Shown piece by piece: positions 1 to 12,424 of a DNA stretch of 64,000 nucleotides. The notes beneath the pieces were generated by a model. The model was not told the origin of the DNA. It saw only the letters and a list, made by a program, of their open reading frames with translations, and searched no databases. Source of the DNA: Vicugna vicugna (lineage: Eukaryota); the NCBI GenBank assembly GCA_013265495.1, contig MU058584.1, positions 3,042,508 through 3,106,507 of the forward strand. The letters run 5' to 3'. The stretch's first letter is position 1, and the number at the start of each line of letters is the position of its first letter. The translations under genes were made by a program, and so were the position numbers.

Positions 1-476
1 AGAGCAGATTTAAGACGTGTTACCACACACCTCCACATATTCGACACTTAGAGCAGAATTCACTATCCAATTTTTAAAAATGGGAACAGCTTGAACTTTC
101 AGTGAAAATGAAAGGAATGGCAGTGTGACATGTGGAAGAGAGAGAAAGGCTTATTGCTAAGAAGCAGCCATACTCTTCCCCTCAACTGTCACAGACTCAA
201 GATCAATAACTCATTTCAAGATCAGTTAGAAAAGGAATGTTTTAAGAAATACTATATATGTATGCCTGTATAAATATGTATAGATATGTATGCATGTGTT
301 TGCATGTATAGAGTAAAAGAGTACAGTCCTTAGGAAAATTATACAAAATAGCCAACACACAATGGACATTTAAAAGGTTATACACGCACATGGCTTGAAT
401 TCACCCAAAGAAAAGCAGCATCTTAAAATCGTAAGATAATTATTTTCTGATACTCAGTACTCATCAAGTCTCTTTT

Positions 477-623
477 TTTTATTTAATTATTTTTGCATTA
501 TTTAATTATTTTATTTTGGTGGGGGGATTAGGTTTATTTCCCTTTTAGAGGAGGTCCTGGGGATTGAACCCAGGACCTCATGCATGCTAAGCATGCACTC
601 TACCACGGAGCTAAACCCTCCCC
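477..623 (-). mobile_element. Camelid tRNA-derived SINE (vic-1-like)
   Basis: Reverse strand reads GGGGAGGGTTTAGCTCCGTGGTAGAGTGCATGCTTAGCATGCATGAGGTCCTGGGTTCAATCCCCAG with Pol III A/B boxes and an A-rich tail; TSD tcaa(g/t)tctctttt at 464-476 and 624-636. Confidence 0.9.
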
Positions 624-3600
624 TCAATTCTCTTTTCAAATACTGTTTCCAGTTGTAGCTTACACAACTTAGAGGTGCTAGAGATGGTCCAGGGATGAAA
701 GAAAAGGTTTAGGAAATTAGATCTAAAAAGAAAAGCTAAGTAATGCTCTTTTTACCCCCCAAAGAAGATGAAAAACTTAAATATGTAAAGAAATATTTAC
801 TATTATGGGTCCAATTTAAAATAAACGATAGGGTCAAAATCTGAACATACATAAAAGACAAATCAAACAACTGAGGTAAAGAAGGATTCTTACTAAAACT
901 GATAATCAGAAAGGCTGACCAGAAGCAAAAAAGAAAGGCAACAGAAATTAACACGAGTATCTACCCACAGTACAAATCTCAGAAAAGATGGAAGGAAGAA
1001 TATGGAAATCAGTATGAAATACGGGAAGGGACAGTTTGGTAGTGATATCTGGACGTGTACTATTTCTACAAAGACCAGCGGGATAAGGTGCTTTTGACTC
1101 ATTGATTCCACATTCATTACTAAGGAAAAAAGGATAGATCCAGTCTCTGCCCTCAAGGAGCTCACTTATGAAAAAGGAAGTTAGTAAGTTCTAAATTAAT
1201 TTTGCAATTACTGAATAGACACATTCCTTCACAAAAAATAATCTGTTCACATTCAAACATGGTCTGAATTAAACTGGCTCTTAAACCAACAATGCACCCT
1301 TTCTTCCCCTGATTCTATACTCACCAAAACAACTTTTTAACAATTAACTCGTTTTCCAGTTACTAATACTGGAAAGAGGGTACCCAGGAGGACAGCAAGC
1401 ATCAGTTCTGAAACCAGGTATAAATTATCCCCCAGTCTTGGATCTGCTGCACATGATTAACGTGAAGCATGCTTTAAAAGGCATGGTTAACTGTAAGTGA
1501 CTTCAACTTCATTTGTAGAATGTAAGAGGGCAACCAGGCCCTAAAGAGGAAGTAGGTAGTGGTTCACTAATCAGCATGAATGCACTGATGAATCAGTACA
1601 TTACCATTTCGAAACCATGAAGAAACATTAAACTGGCAAAGTGAAATGCTGCTGGCTTCCACGTTAACACAAGAGTGAACAGACAGGAAGTAACCTATGA
1701 CTATGGATGAAAAGCCTTAGAATATTACTGAGAAAGGAAGTTTTATTCCCGTAAGATTTTTTTCTTTCTTTCCTTTTTTTTTTTTTTTTTTGTAAACAAT
1801 GAACAAACAATTCGCTTTAAGGACTGTTTGAAAGTTTCACCTCAAAGAGAAAATTCAGTTTACTGGCTGGCCTTTTAGATTTTTCCTGTCTTATTCCAGC
1901 GTTTTCTACTCTCACAGAAAAGGTTATTTCTAAAAGGCCATGATGAGATCTTTTGACACACCTTTCAGAGATCATCAGAAAAACAATCCTTGATGAAAAC
2001 TACCAAGGAGTCCAAGTGGATATCTACCGATAGCTGATACTGCTTACAAGGAAATGGGATGTTTGACCCTCGTGCAATAAGAAGGGCAGACAGAAGGTGA
2101 AAACAATGCAAGTTTCCTGCCCCTTCTACTACAAGAGCCATCATAAAACAGAACTGCCCACCACGACAACGAGCAAGTATTTCTTGGGAAACACGTGCTT
2201 TGTATCCACCCCATCCTCCCCTCCACCACCCTGCTTCACCCGAGACCTGACCAGGGGACCACTGGGAAGAAGGCAGAGGCAAAGGGCAGGAGCCCCACCT
2301 TTCTCCTTCACAGACAACACCCTCAGCAGGCCCTGCGTCCAGCTTTTATAAGAGAGCCACACGAGCAAAGTCCCCCCCCACTAAACTGCCCCCTCCCCTT
2401 GCTTCAAGGGGCGGAGCTGAGCAAAACCGTCGTCGCAGGCTTTGCAGCCTAACAGACCAGCTCTCACACTGCCTAGTGATACCACCTTGAGCCGGTCTTT
2501 CCATGTTTGCTTCCTCATCTGTCAACTAAGTAAATAACCACAACATTCCAGGATGTTTTTGATAATTAAATACAATTATGTATGAAAAGCACCTTGCACA
2601 TCAGAAAAATTTATTTTAAAAGGTAACCCATGTTTATTTAGTACCTAACAGAATAAAGCCAGAGCCAAGCTTTCGTTTCACCTTTAATACTTCTCAGCCA
2701 GTTTGGGGATCCGTCACTCTGGTCCCCCCACCATCCTGGTGTGTGCTATACATTCTCCTTATATCCAAACATTTTTCCCTTTCTCCCTCGGGTGGGGGGG
2801 AAGTGTCCACAGGAGGGGAAGAGAAGAAAGAACTGTTTCACAGGAGAAATGCTAAATTTCAACAAAGGTGAAAGGTCATCAGTTATAGTCTAAGGCCCAC
2901 ACCCAACATAATAGAGATTTCAAAAAGGAAGAAAGGGAGAGAGGGAAGGAGGAAGCAAGAGAGAGAGAGGGAGGCCATTTGCTCAGGGACCTGAAGAGTC
3001 TCAGGGGAAAGAAAGCAATAAACCAGTCGTAACAATGCAGCTGACCAAACACTACAGATGTTAAGTCCAAGGGGCAGAAGACAGACAAAGCCCCAAACTC
3101 AGCCTAGGAAGGTGCGGAGAAGTCTTCCAGGGCGGCCAACGTGGAGAAGCCGTCACAGGAACACAGCATCCTGGCGCGTACGAGGGCAGGGGACGTGAGC
3201 ACGCACGTGGCAGAGGAAGAAGGGCCAGCAGTGCACGGCTGGGGCTCATGGGGTGCGAAGAGGGGAGGAGATGAGGTGGAGACGAGGGTTGGTCCTGAAG
3301 GGCCTGACAGGCCGTGTAATGGAAGGGGAGGGCCAGGATCAGAGGTGCACTTCCAGGCAGACCCTCAGGGGGCACGAGGATGACCACCTCACCCGGGCAG
3401 GACTGGAGGCAAGTGCATAATCCACACACACGATCGTTCCTGCGCGTAAATGGTGTTACCATAGTTTCAAATAACATTTTCTCTCTTCTTTTAAGCCAAG
3501 TAACAGCTACTTTCATTAGGAGACTCCAACTGAGAAATGACTAGAGGCTACCAATAAGATTTATGATCTGGTAAAAAGCACCAAAGATTCACTGTGAAAG

Positions 3601-3654
3601 GGGGAACGTAAGACTCACAAACATACCAAAACACGTTCATTTCACTAGGAGTCG

Positions 3655-4580
3655 GGAGGCTTCTGGCTCAGGCGGAGTAACAGGAACCAGACTTAGACTC
3701 CGTCGTAAGCAACTAAAAATACCAATTAAGATACACGTACAACAACTTTCAGACACTGGGCATCAGGCAGCTCACGACAGTGACCCCAAGAGAGAGAAAC
3801 AAATGAGGTGAGTCCTGCACCTGCTCCTGCCCGCTGCCTGGGGAGAGCGCTCCATCACAGCGCCGGGAGGAGGGGCCTGGGGACAGATACTCTGCGTTGA
3901 GGAGACAGGTTGGGAGTTCGGGGAGTCTGTGATGCCTACAGTCTGCAGTCTGAGGACGGCAGAGAAAAGAGCTGCACAGAAGGAGGACCCCAGAAGTCTG
4001 CAGAGTCCCCCTAAGTCTTCACCTGAGAACTGATGAGAGTGAGGAAACCACCCAAGGCTGGGGTAAAAACTGAGAAGGTGAAAAAATCCCCAGAACGCAC
4101 ACAGGGCCAGAAGTGGTTCATGTTCCTACCAGCCGGGGGGAGTAAAATCTCACTCACACACAGAGCATCAGGCCAGGTGTTCAGAAGGGTACTCGGCAGT
4201 GGGGCAAAATGAGCTGCTCTGGCCACACCTAACAAAGGATAAAAGCAAGCCTTGCAAAGGTTAAACTGATTCCAAGTAACTTCACTGTGTCCCAGAACAA
4301 AGCTCTTCAGTATTTTTTTAAGTACAAGAATATTCAGCATCCAACAACATAAAATTCGCAATATCTGGTGATAACAAATTATCAGGCATACAAAACAAAG
4401 GAACGTTATATAAACACCCAACCAGGAGGAAAAATCAGTCAACAGGAACAGATCAGAAATGACAGATGACAGAATTAGGGGACAAGGATGTTGAATGTTA
4501 TCCGAACTACAGTCACGTGTTCCAGAAGGCAGAAGAAAACATGAACATGTTAAGGATAAAGGAAAAAAAGTCATTTTATA
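3655..4580 (+). mobile_element. Old L1 (L1M-type) 5' region fragment
   Basis: Resembles an ancient L1 5'UTR/pre-ORF1 region; colinear similarity to 15355-16200 (e.g. ggggcaaaatgagc vs ggggccaaattagc; aaaattcgcaat in both). Confidence 0.6.
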
Positions 4581-4601
4581 ATGATAAATGAGCCAATTCT
4601 T

Positions 4602-4754
4602 TTTTTGCTTCTATTTAAAATTTTTATTTACTTATTATTAGTTTTTTGTCTTTTTTTTTTTTAGTCTTTTTTTTTTAATGGAGGTACTGGGGATTGAACC
4701 CAGGACCTTGTGCATGCTAAGCATGCACCCTACCACTGAGCTATACCCACCCCC
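4602..4754 (-). mobile_element. Camelid tRNA-derived SINE (vic-1-like)
   Basis: tRNA-like head at about 4680-4754, T-rich tail on +, perfect 17-bp TSD taaatgagccaattctt at 4585-4601 and 4755-4771. Confidence 0.93.
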
Positions 4755-4906
4755 TAAATGAGCCAATTCTTAGGAAGACATAAGAACCCTCAATGCTTAT
4801 GCATAAGGAAAAAGTGAGAAACAAATTAGAATAATAAATTATCAGCTTTGAGTTACCACTTTTGGTTTATCAAATTAAAAATAAATTTTAATAGCAGAAA
4901 ATACTG

Positions 4907-5458
4907 TGTTGGGAGAAAACTCTCCCTGAGTGTTCTGACATTACTGCATCAGGCTTTCTGAGCAAAGGACACTAGCAAGCTGACTGAAAAGCAAAGGCCT
5001 TGGAAGGCAGAGACAGCGTCTCCCTAAAGACAGAGGTCTCTGGAGAGATGTGGAGATACAAAGTTCTCTACTTCCGGTTCCTGGAGACATCTGCTTACAT
5101 ACCAAGGTAATAAATCTGGGGACACTGGAAGGTGTCCCCTTAACCCTGGAGATCTGTTTAATGAGTAACCTGTCTCTCTCCAGAGGAGAGGATGGGCAGA
5201 TGTGCCACCAGCCCAATTTTAGGGCTCCTCTCCTGTGGTGCAGCCCACTGCGTGCAACAGGGTAACATCTGGCTCTCACAGCATCACCCCAAGGGGACTG
5301 GGGCTCAGAAAACTAGTGCTAATGTATTGCTCTGGATGCTGCATTTCGCTGTAATAAACTGTCTCTTTCCCTAATCCAGAAAGCCTCATGTCGCTTCTCA
5401 GGATACACATACAACCTTGCAAGTAGAGGAACTCTCCCACCCTGTTTCCGATGTAACA
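4907..5458 (+). mobile_element. Solo LTR, ERVL-class (LTR40/MER76-like)
   Basis: Starts TGTTGGGAGAAAACTCTCC, ends TAACA, has an internal AATAAA near 5353; about 550 bp; start resembles LTR40-type consensus as recalled. Confidence 0.65.
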
Positions 5459-6062
5459 CATTGAGGAAAAAAACCACCACAGTACTATCACTGAGAGATA
5501 TCCTTGATTCAAATTTTGGAGTATAGTCTCTGAATTTTCTAATTTTCTGTAATGAGCATCTAGTAATTTTGCTTTTTAAGACTGTAAAAAAGCTGAACTT
5601 TGCATTCTGAGAGGGGAGCATCTATGAATCTATGAAATCTTCCCAGGCAATTATAGTAGAAAATAAACCAGAAAAAAGAAAAGTCAACTTTAAAAAAACA
5701 AACAAAAAAACTAGAAACAAAAAAGAAACACGAATTTAAGAGTCATCAGAGGAAAAAGTAAAAAGGAACAATTCCACAGGGTTAAAATGGAAAAGAGACA
5801 GGCTCTAAAGAATACCTTACCGCTCCAACAAAGAGGAAAAAGAAAACCTTTCAAGGGAGATGTTACAAGAAGCCAAGAGCCAGAAGGGAATTACTGAGTG
5901 AAAGCTTGCCGTACATGCCAAGGTGAGCATATGGAAATGTTTCTCAATTTCGTTATAAAGGTAGAACCTAGTAGCACATCCAAGTCTAACTGCAAATCAT
6001 CAGAAAGAACCTGCAGAGCAATGCAAGAGGACTTCTCTGGAAGACAGTACATTAAAACATAC

Positions 6063-6208
6063 CCTTATTATCCTGGCAGCCTCCAAAAGGATTCGGCCAC
6101 GCTCCATGCCAGATTTTTTACTCCATATTTTAAAGGCAGCCTTTGCATCCTGAACAGCCAAATTTACTTCCTTTTCTCCTGAACATGTGAAAGTAGCTAT
6201 CACTCGGC
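6063..6208 (-). CDS. ALDH9A1: Aldehyde dehydrogenase 9A1 (4-trimethylaminobutyraldehyde dehydrogenase), coding exon 2
   Basis: Encodes (G)RVIATFTCSGEKEVNLAVQDAKAAFKIWSKKSGMERGRILLEAARIIR; acceptor ttcatag|GC, donor AGG|gtatgt; 146 nt; phase matches exon 1. Confidence 0.97.
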
Positions 6209-7989
6209 CTATGAATACAGGGGAAAGTCAGTGTTATTGCAAATGGTTGCCACACATCTTTTTAAAAGTACTGTGTATCCAATTTTCCTTTTAGTGATCC
6301 ACTTCTTAAGTACGGTTTGAACTAGTGACCACCCCTGCACCAGTAGTTCTTAACTCTTTTTAGGGGGTCACTGGCCCTTTTAAGAATCTAATCAAAGTTG
6401 CAGGCTTCCCTCCAGAAAAATGAACTTCACCAACCTACAGAATTACAGAGACCGTGTCCCTTGCCTAACACACCAAGAACTATGGGCATGTCCTCAATTG
6501 GGCAAACCTCTAGTTGAGTTTACTGACATTAACTTCTATCAGTTATTTTGCAACTCTCCTTAACAGTGTTTGAGAATCTCAGTGATCTTGCAAAACCAAA
6601 ATTGAAGTGCTCTGTCTCCTGGGTTATGAACTGATTTTAAATCATTGGCTTTTCTTCTATACAAATCATATAATACTACTAGTATTTGATAAGTATGGTT
6701 AATAAACAGATCAAGAAAAAACAGTTCAAGAAGCAAGAAATTTTTTTCCCCAACATAGGAAAAAACCCAACCTCCTTTATTTCACTGTTATTCTCTATCC
6801 CAGGCAAAATATGAAATGATGTTTTTCTAGACCTTAATCCCAAGGGTTGTGACTGACTCTACCAACAAGAATTCTCTAAAATAACAAGTCAGCAGTTTCT
6901 TTTCCCCTCCCACAAGAACATGTGAAACTGCTTTTTCCAGAGATTTCACAAACCTGCAATTTCTGTTTCAAGTTTGAATAGCTAATTGGTAGAGCCAGTG
7001 GCTAAGGTTCGCACACATTGTAAGCAATTAAAATAAACGGCAGTGTTTTTTTTTCTTTTGTATCAATATCGGGGTGGGGTTCAAGAGCTGTTTCCTCCTA
7101 CTTAAAGGAGAGCCTGATCATGCCTGTGACCCCTTCCTGCTCTGAAAAGTCGCTGTTCTGTGGTTTAGTGCAATTGGTCAAACCTAAATTCTCCAGTCCC
7201 TTGCAATCCCGTTTCATCCCTTTGGCTACACGCCATTCTGGCTTGCACAACAATTTACATTTTTCTTCCAAACAAATACTGCATTAAAGCTCAGCAAAAC
7301 AAACATAAAACAAAAACAAAACAAAAAACCTTTTCCTCATTTGCTTCGTGATCTTCTGAGCTCCCAGGGCAGAACCAGGGCTTGGCACACATTAAGCACT
7401 GGATAAAGGCAGGAATTTTCTTCCCTCCCCCTGTTCTGATTCGTGTCCAGAAATACTTTAACACTAGGGGATGGTAACAAAGTCCTCATTCACGCTCATT
7501 AGGATCATCTGGGCGCGCTCCTCCATTTTGGCACAAGTGTTTCTTTTCACTCCCGTCCTTCTTAGAACTCTTCTCCGTGCACGGTTGAAGACCTTACTGC
7601 AGTCCTAGCTTTAAAAATCAATAATAGTAACAACAGAACCTCACACATTGGGCTTTGTGGACTCCCCGTTCAGGCCGTTGTAAAAGTCCTTCAGACGCCA
7701 CCACGCAATTCGCCAGCTTTTTCAGGTTCCTACGACTCCCTTCCCTCCCGGGCCCGATGCATCCGTGTTTGCAGAGCACCGTTAGCTGCCTACACAAACA
7801 CCTTTACAGTCTACACGGCCACCTGCCCCGGTTCAATAAGCGTCTGCTGAACGCACTAAATGAAGGTTGAGGGCGCTAAAACAGGTGCCCCGCCGCGGCG
7901 GCGGGGCGTCCCCCCCCCCCCGAGCCTCCCCCCAACCCCGGCCCCCGCCCTACCGCCCGCGGCCTGCCGCCGGGTCCCCGTCCCGTTAC

Positions 7990-8098
7990 CCGTTGCTGGC
8001 TCGAACGCCTTCTCGGTGCCGGAGGCGTCCGCCGGATCCACGCGGGCCCCGCCGCGGTAATTAAGCGGCTGCGACACGACAAAAGTGCCAGTGCTCAT
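7990..8098 (-). CDS. ALDH9A1: Aldehyde dehydrogenase 9A1, coding part of exon 1
   Basis: MSTGTFVVSQPLNYRGGARVDPADASGTEKAFEPAT(G); strong Kozak GCCACCATGA; donor ACGG|gtaacg; 109 nt. Confidence 0.97.
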
Positions 8099-8270
8099 GG
8101 TGGCGACCGGAGCAGGCCCGAGAGCGCGGAGAAGCAGAGAGCGCGCCGCCCTGAGGCGGGGCCGCGGGGAGGGGCGGGGCTGCGGGAGGGCCCCCTGGAG
8201 GCCCCTTAACCGGAAGGACGGGCAACACACCAGAGCCCTACACACAAACACACACTTGCGGGCGCGCGTG

Positions 8271-8291
8271 CACACACACACACACACACAC
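8271..8291. repeat. (CA)10 microsatellite in promoter
   Basis: Direct reading. Confidence 0.95.
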
Positions 8292-10989
8292 GTGTGCGCG
8301 CGCGTTTTCTCTCTGTCTTCCAGATCAATATTTAAATAGTAATTTGCAAGAATTTTCGGGTACATCACTGCCTGTAATTAGCCAAGGATTCTACTCTTGA
8401 TCCTTCCGGCTAAAGGAAGCGGAAGGTTGGAGTGCTAGGAATTATACTTTGGCGATTACTTCACTCCCAAGACTGTTTCTTTATCTGTATAATAGTACTT
8501 TTTAAAAGTTATTGTAAAGACCAAGGGGAGGACTGTCAAGGAAACATACGACATTGTGATGTCAAGCTGATTTTTAAATTCTGAAAGGGCTATGTAAGTG
8601 CTATTACTGACTGGCGCAAACAGAAGCCTAATACCAGGGTGTAAAGAGCAAAGCGCTTGTGAAAAGGTGTGAGAAAAAAGGCTCTCTCTGTACGGCCACT
8701 TGGAGGCACTCCCAAGGGCCCATCGGCTAAGGCATCTTACACAAAAGCAGTCTTGTTCGTTCTTCATATTGAACTCCCAAGCATCCGCCGCAGAGACTCT
8801 CATGAACAGAAATTAACTGGCAATTTAGACATTCCATTATTCCCTGCAGGCTTGTTTCTCTTCTCAGGACTGCAGTCTTTCTCCATGTTCTTTCCCTTAC
8901 CTACCAGCACAATATTAGGGAGGGTGATTTTCAGGTTTGAAACAGAAATAAATTACGCTGGTCAACTTTTTCCAGAACTCTATGCCAATTTGTTAACCCT
9001 CTCAATTCTACTGACATTTGCAGGTCTTTGTCCTCAAACAGAAACATACTCAAACATAGAGCAGTGTTCAAACATAGAAGACCTTGGAGCCAAACTCAGC
9101 TACTACCTTTATTATTGACTACTGGAAACAATTGAAAGATATTAGGATTCCTGTAGATTTCTAGGATCATTGGAGCAAGGGTGGTCATTTGTGTGTACAG
9201 AGACCATACATCTCAAGGGATTTTTTGGGGGGGGTAGGCAATTCCTATTTATTATGTTCTATCCCAACAAATGCATTTTGACACATCAGATCATGATTCT
9301 TGATATTTTAGACACATGGCCATGACATCTGTTGATATCATTCACAGATTGTAAAAATGACAAACCTTTGCCAAAGTATCTAGCTGTTCTCCTTACCTAC
9401 CGGTGCTTTTATTATTAGTGTTATCAATATATTACTGTTCACACAACCCAACACTAGAGCTTTATAAGTTGCAAAGCCCTTTCACATTTACTTTTGCACT
9501 TATGTGTTTCATAACTCTGAGAAAGAAAAGGAGACTAACACAGATTGAGCTAGGAACTCATATAGGGTACTCGCATGAATATCTCAGTGGCAATTCTGCA
9601 AGACAGGGTTTATCATCCTTTGTGTAGATGAGGCAACTAGCTCAGAAAGGTTGTAGTGCCCCCCACACACACCTCCCCGGAAGGAGCTAGGATGGGAGTC
9701 CAGCGCTGTGCAAGTCCAAAGCACATTTCCTCTCACTACACCAGATCCATATGTTGTCCCATGAAGACTGCCATCAAAATCCACTCTTATTCAGGTGGTC
9801 ATTTATCAAAAAAAAAAAAAGAGGATTTTTAAACCCAGCAAGCTGTCCCTGGGGAAAAGATTTAAAGGACCTGTTAAGTTTCCAGGGAGGAGCTTGTTAT
9901 TGTTAGCAATTCTCCTAAAGCAGCTGAGAAGCCACAGAGGGTGTTGGCCAGTTGTATAGGGTCAGGGGGAAAATATAAAGAGAAAGAGGGGAGCACACGG
10001 AGCGAGAGGAGTGCACACTCTGAAATGCGTGTGCAATGGAGGGCAGTGGTGGAGGGAGAAAGGCCTGAAGAGGGAGTTTACAGATTGAATTCCATCTTAA
10101 GCCTTGAGTCCACACATTCTTCATATGATTTTCCCACTCAAGAGTTAATAGGTTTCCTGATCTAGGTACACTGACACTATGATTAGGTCCTTAATGAATA
10201 TTTGTTGAATGAGGAAATGAACAGTAATTCAGTCAGAAGTGTTGCAGATCTGGACTTTGACATCACCACCCTGATAAGGATGTTCTGGGATGTTAAGCAT
10301 CTCTACTTGGAGAATCCAGTCTTTTCCGTTTTCAGCATATTTTTCAGGCTATAATAGTCATATGTTCAAACACATGTCTGCCTTGTAAATCTCAGGTAGT
10401 ATGAAAGAGGGTATGTGAAGTTGGTCTAAAACTGGAAAGCGCTATAAAATTTCTATCATTATAATCGTATTAAGGTCATAGTTTATAATGCCTTTTTGGT
10501 TTGTTTCTTTTTTTTCCCAAATGAAAATCAGAGTCATTGACACTGCAGTTTGTTCCTAGAGTTAATAATTACAGAACACGGAAGACCATGGACCTTACAG
10601 AAAAATTTAGAATCCATCTGTATCTGAGAAAGCGGAGTTATATAGGAATTATTTCAACTCTTTTAAATGTATAAGACACATCAGTGGTTGTGTTAGTGGG
10701 GTTTTTTTTCCTAGAACATAATAGAACTTTGATTATTTGCATGTATATAATATGTAGTCAGTTAAAAACAAACTTTAGAAACCTAAACAAGGACCTCTCT
10801 GTACTATACTTCCAATTCCTTGACTCTCGTATTTCAAAATAAATGGTTTAAAAATTAAACAAGGAATATAGGCTCATTATAGAAAAAAAAATTTAGAGAT
10901 GTTTTAAGACTATTAAAGCAATTTTTTCACCACCTAGAAACAATGTTAATAGTTAACCCCCCATTAAATACTGTCAGACTTTACAATGT

Positions 10990-11135
10990 TTTACTTTATA
11001 CTATCTCGTTTATTCCTCAAAATGACACTATAGGGTAGGAACTATTATCCCCGTTTTACAAGTGAGGAACCTGAGGTTTGGCAAGATTGAGTAATTTGTC
11101 AGATATCAGTAAGAGATAGAGCTGAATCTGTCATT
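10990..11135 (-). mobile_element. MIR fragment
   Basis: attatccccgttttacaagtgaggaacctgagg matches the MIR core. Confidence 0.75.
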
Positions 11136-12150
11136 GGCTTTACTATTTTCTGAGGACAGGCCCAGAAGTAGAATTTCTAGGTCTAAGGGTATAATTGTTA
11201 TGAAAGCTTTTGATACCAATCTGCAGGAAACTTGTTTTAAAGTTAGAGGTATTGAGGTATATGGTTTTACAATAAAATGCACTCATTTCAAAGGGACAGG
11301 TCAGTGAGTTTTGGCAAAGATGTACGCCCATGTAACCATCACCCCACTCAAGATAGGTTAAGCCATTCATTTTTTTACTGTATGAGTGTGTAGATTTTAA
11401 TCACCATTGAGCCATGTAGTATATTTTAATTACATTCACTTTCTTGAGCAATTTTTTGTTTTTCCCGGAGTTCATAATTGTTCTAATTTCTATTTGTTTA
11501 GTTTTTTGTGAATCCTTGACTGAATCCTTCCACACCCTCTAGCAGCTCTGTAAAACCATGCTCCACACACTTTCTTCATGGTCAAACCTATTAGAGAATG
11601 TGTTTTGTTTCCCTTGAAGGGATCTGTGTTGAAGCCTTTTGACTCCCTCATCTACCCTGGACTGGTTGCGCTCTCAGCTTGCTGCCCAGCTGGGGCCCCC
11701 GGGGCTTCCCTTTGCTGTCATCTTCAGCATCCATTCCCTGTGCATTCGTCCTGTGGTGTCCTCTGCTTCCTGTCTATCATGTCTTCTTTTTCCCTCAGTG
11801 TACTTCCTTATTTTAACAAAGCCACTTTCTGGTAGTCACTTTTTGAGAAAGGATACAAGGAAGGTAAATCTTTGAACATTGCCTGATTGAAAAATGTTCA
11901 TTCTCATCTCATACATGATTCATCAACGATCTAGGTGGGGTTAAGGTAAGTACAAAACTCTAAGTTGAAAATAGGTTTCATTTAGAATTGTGAAGATAAC
12001 CCCCTTAGCATCTTCTGGTTTACAACATTGCTGTTGAGAAGTCTGGTCTGTAGGCAATTTTTCAACAAGCATTTTTTGTTTTTGAGGACCTGTTCTCCAC
12101 CAGGTATTGAATTAGATGTTGGGAAGTACACATATAAAAACAAATAAACA

Positions 12151-12344
12151 GGGGGAGGGAGATAGCTCAGTGGCAGAGTGCATGCTTAAGCATGAACGAG
12201 GTCCTGGGTACAATCCCCAGTACCTCCATTAAAATAAATAAATAAATATATAAACAAATAAACAAACAAACTTAATTACCTCTCCCCCCCAAAAGAAACC
12301 AAATTAAAAAACTGTAAACAAAATAAACTAAATAATTAAGAAAA
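12151..12344 (+). mobile_element. Camelid tRNA-derived SINE (vic-1-like), long form
   Basis: GGGGGAGGGAGATAGCTCAGTGGCAGAGTG...CAATCCCCAGTACCTCC, followed by A-rich segment, taattacctc-C-run and A tail. Confidence 0.9.
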
Positions 12345-12424
12345 AGACACACATAAAAAAGATGCTAGAATTATACAAACCTGAATAAGCCTTGCACACA
12401 GTAAGAACTCAATAAATAGCTGTT

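Larger units (their letters stand above)
7690..8310. promoter_or_regulatory. ALDH9A1: CpG island / ALDH9A1 promoter
   Basis: Very GC- and CpG-rich across exon 1; GC box GGGGCGGGG 8171-8179, ETS motif ACCGGAAG 8209-8216, E-box CACGTG 8289-8294; no obvious TATA. Confidence 0.9.

Noticed and set aside
1940..2040. C/D box-like words (TGATGA...CTGA)
   Set aside because: On the strand opposite the host gene, with no terminal stem or recognisable guide
4011..4574. 187-aa minus-strand ORF
   Set aside because: Antisense reading of an A-rich old L1 fragment
5821..5847. Possible ALDH9A1 27-nt microexon or alternative donor (GCG|gtaagg)
   Set aside because: Splice-like words alone are common; encoded peptide does not resemble ALDH9A1
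7856..8368. 170-aa ORF as a single-exon protein
   Set aside because: Only 8098-7990 is ALDH9A1 coding; the rest reads through promoter microsatellite and intron 1
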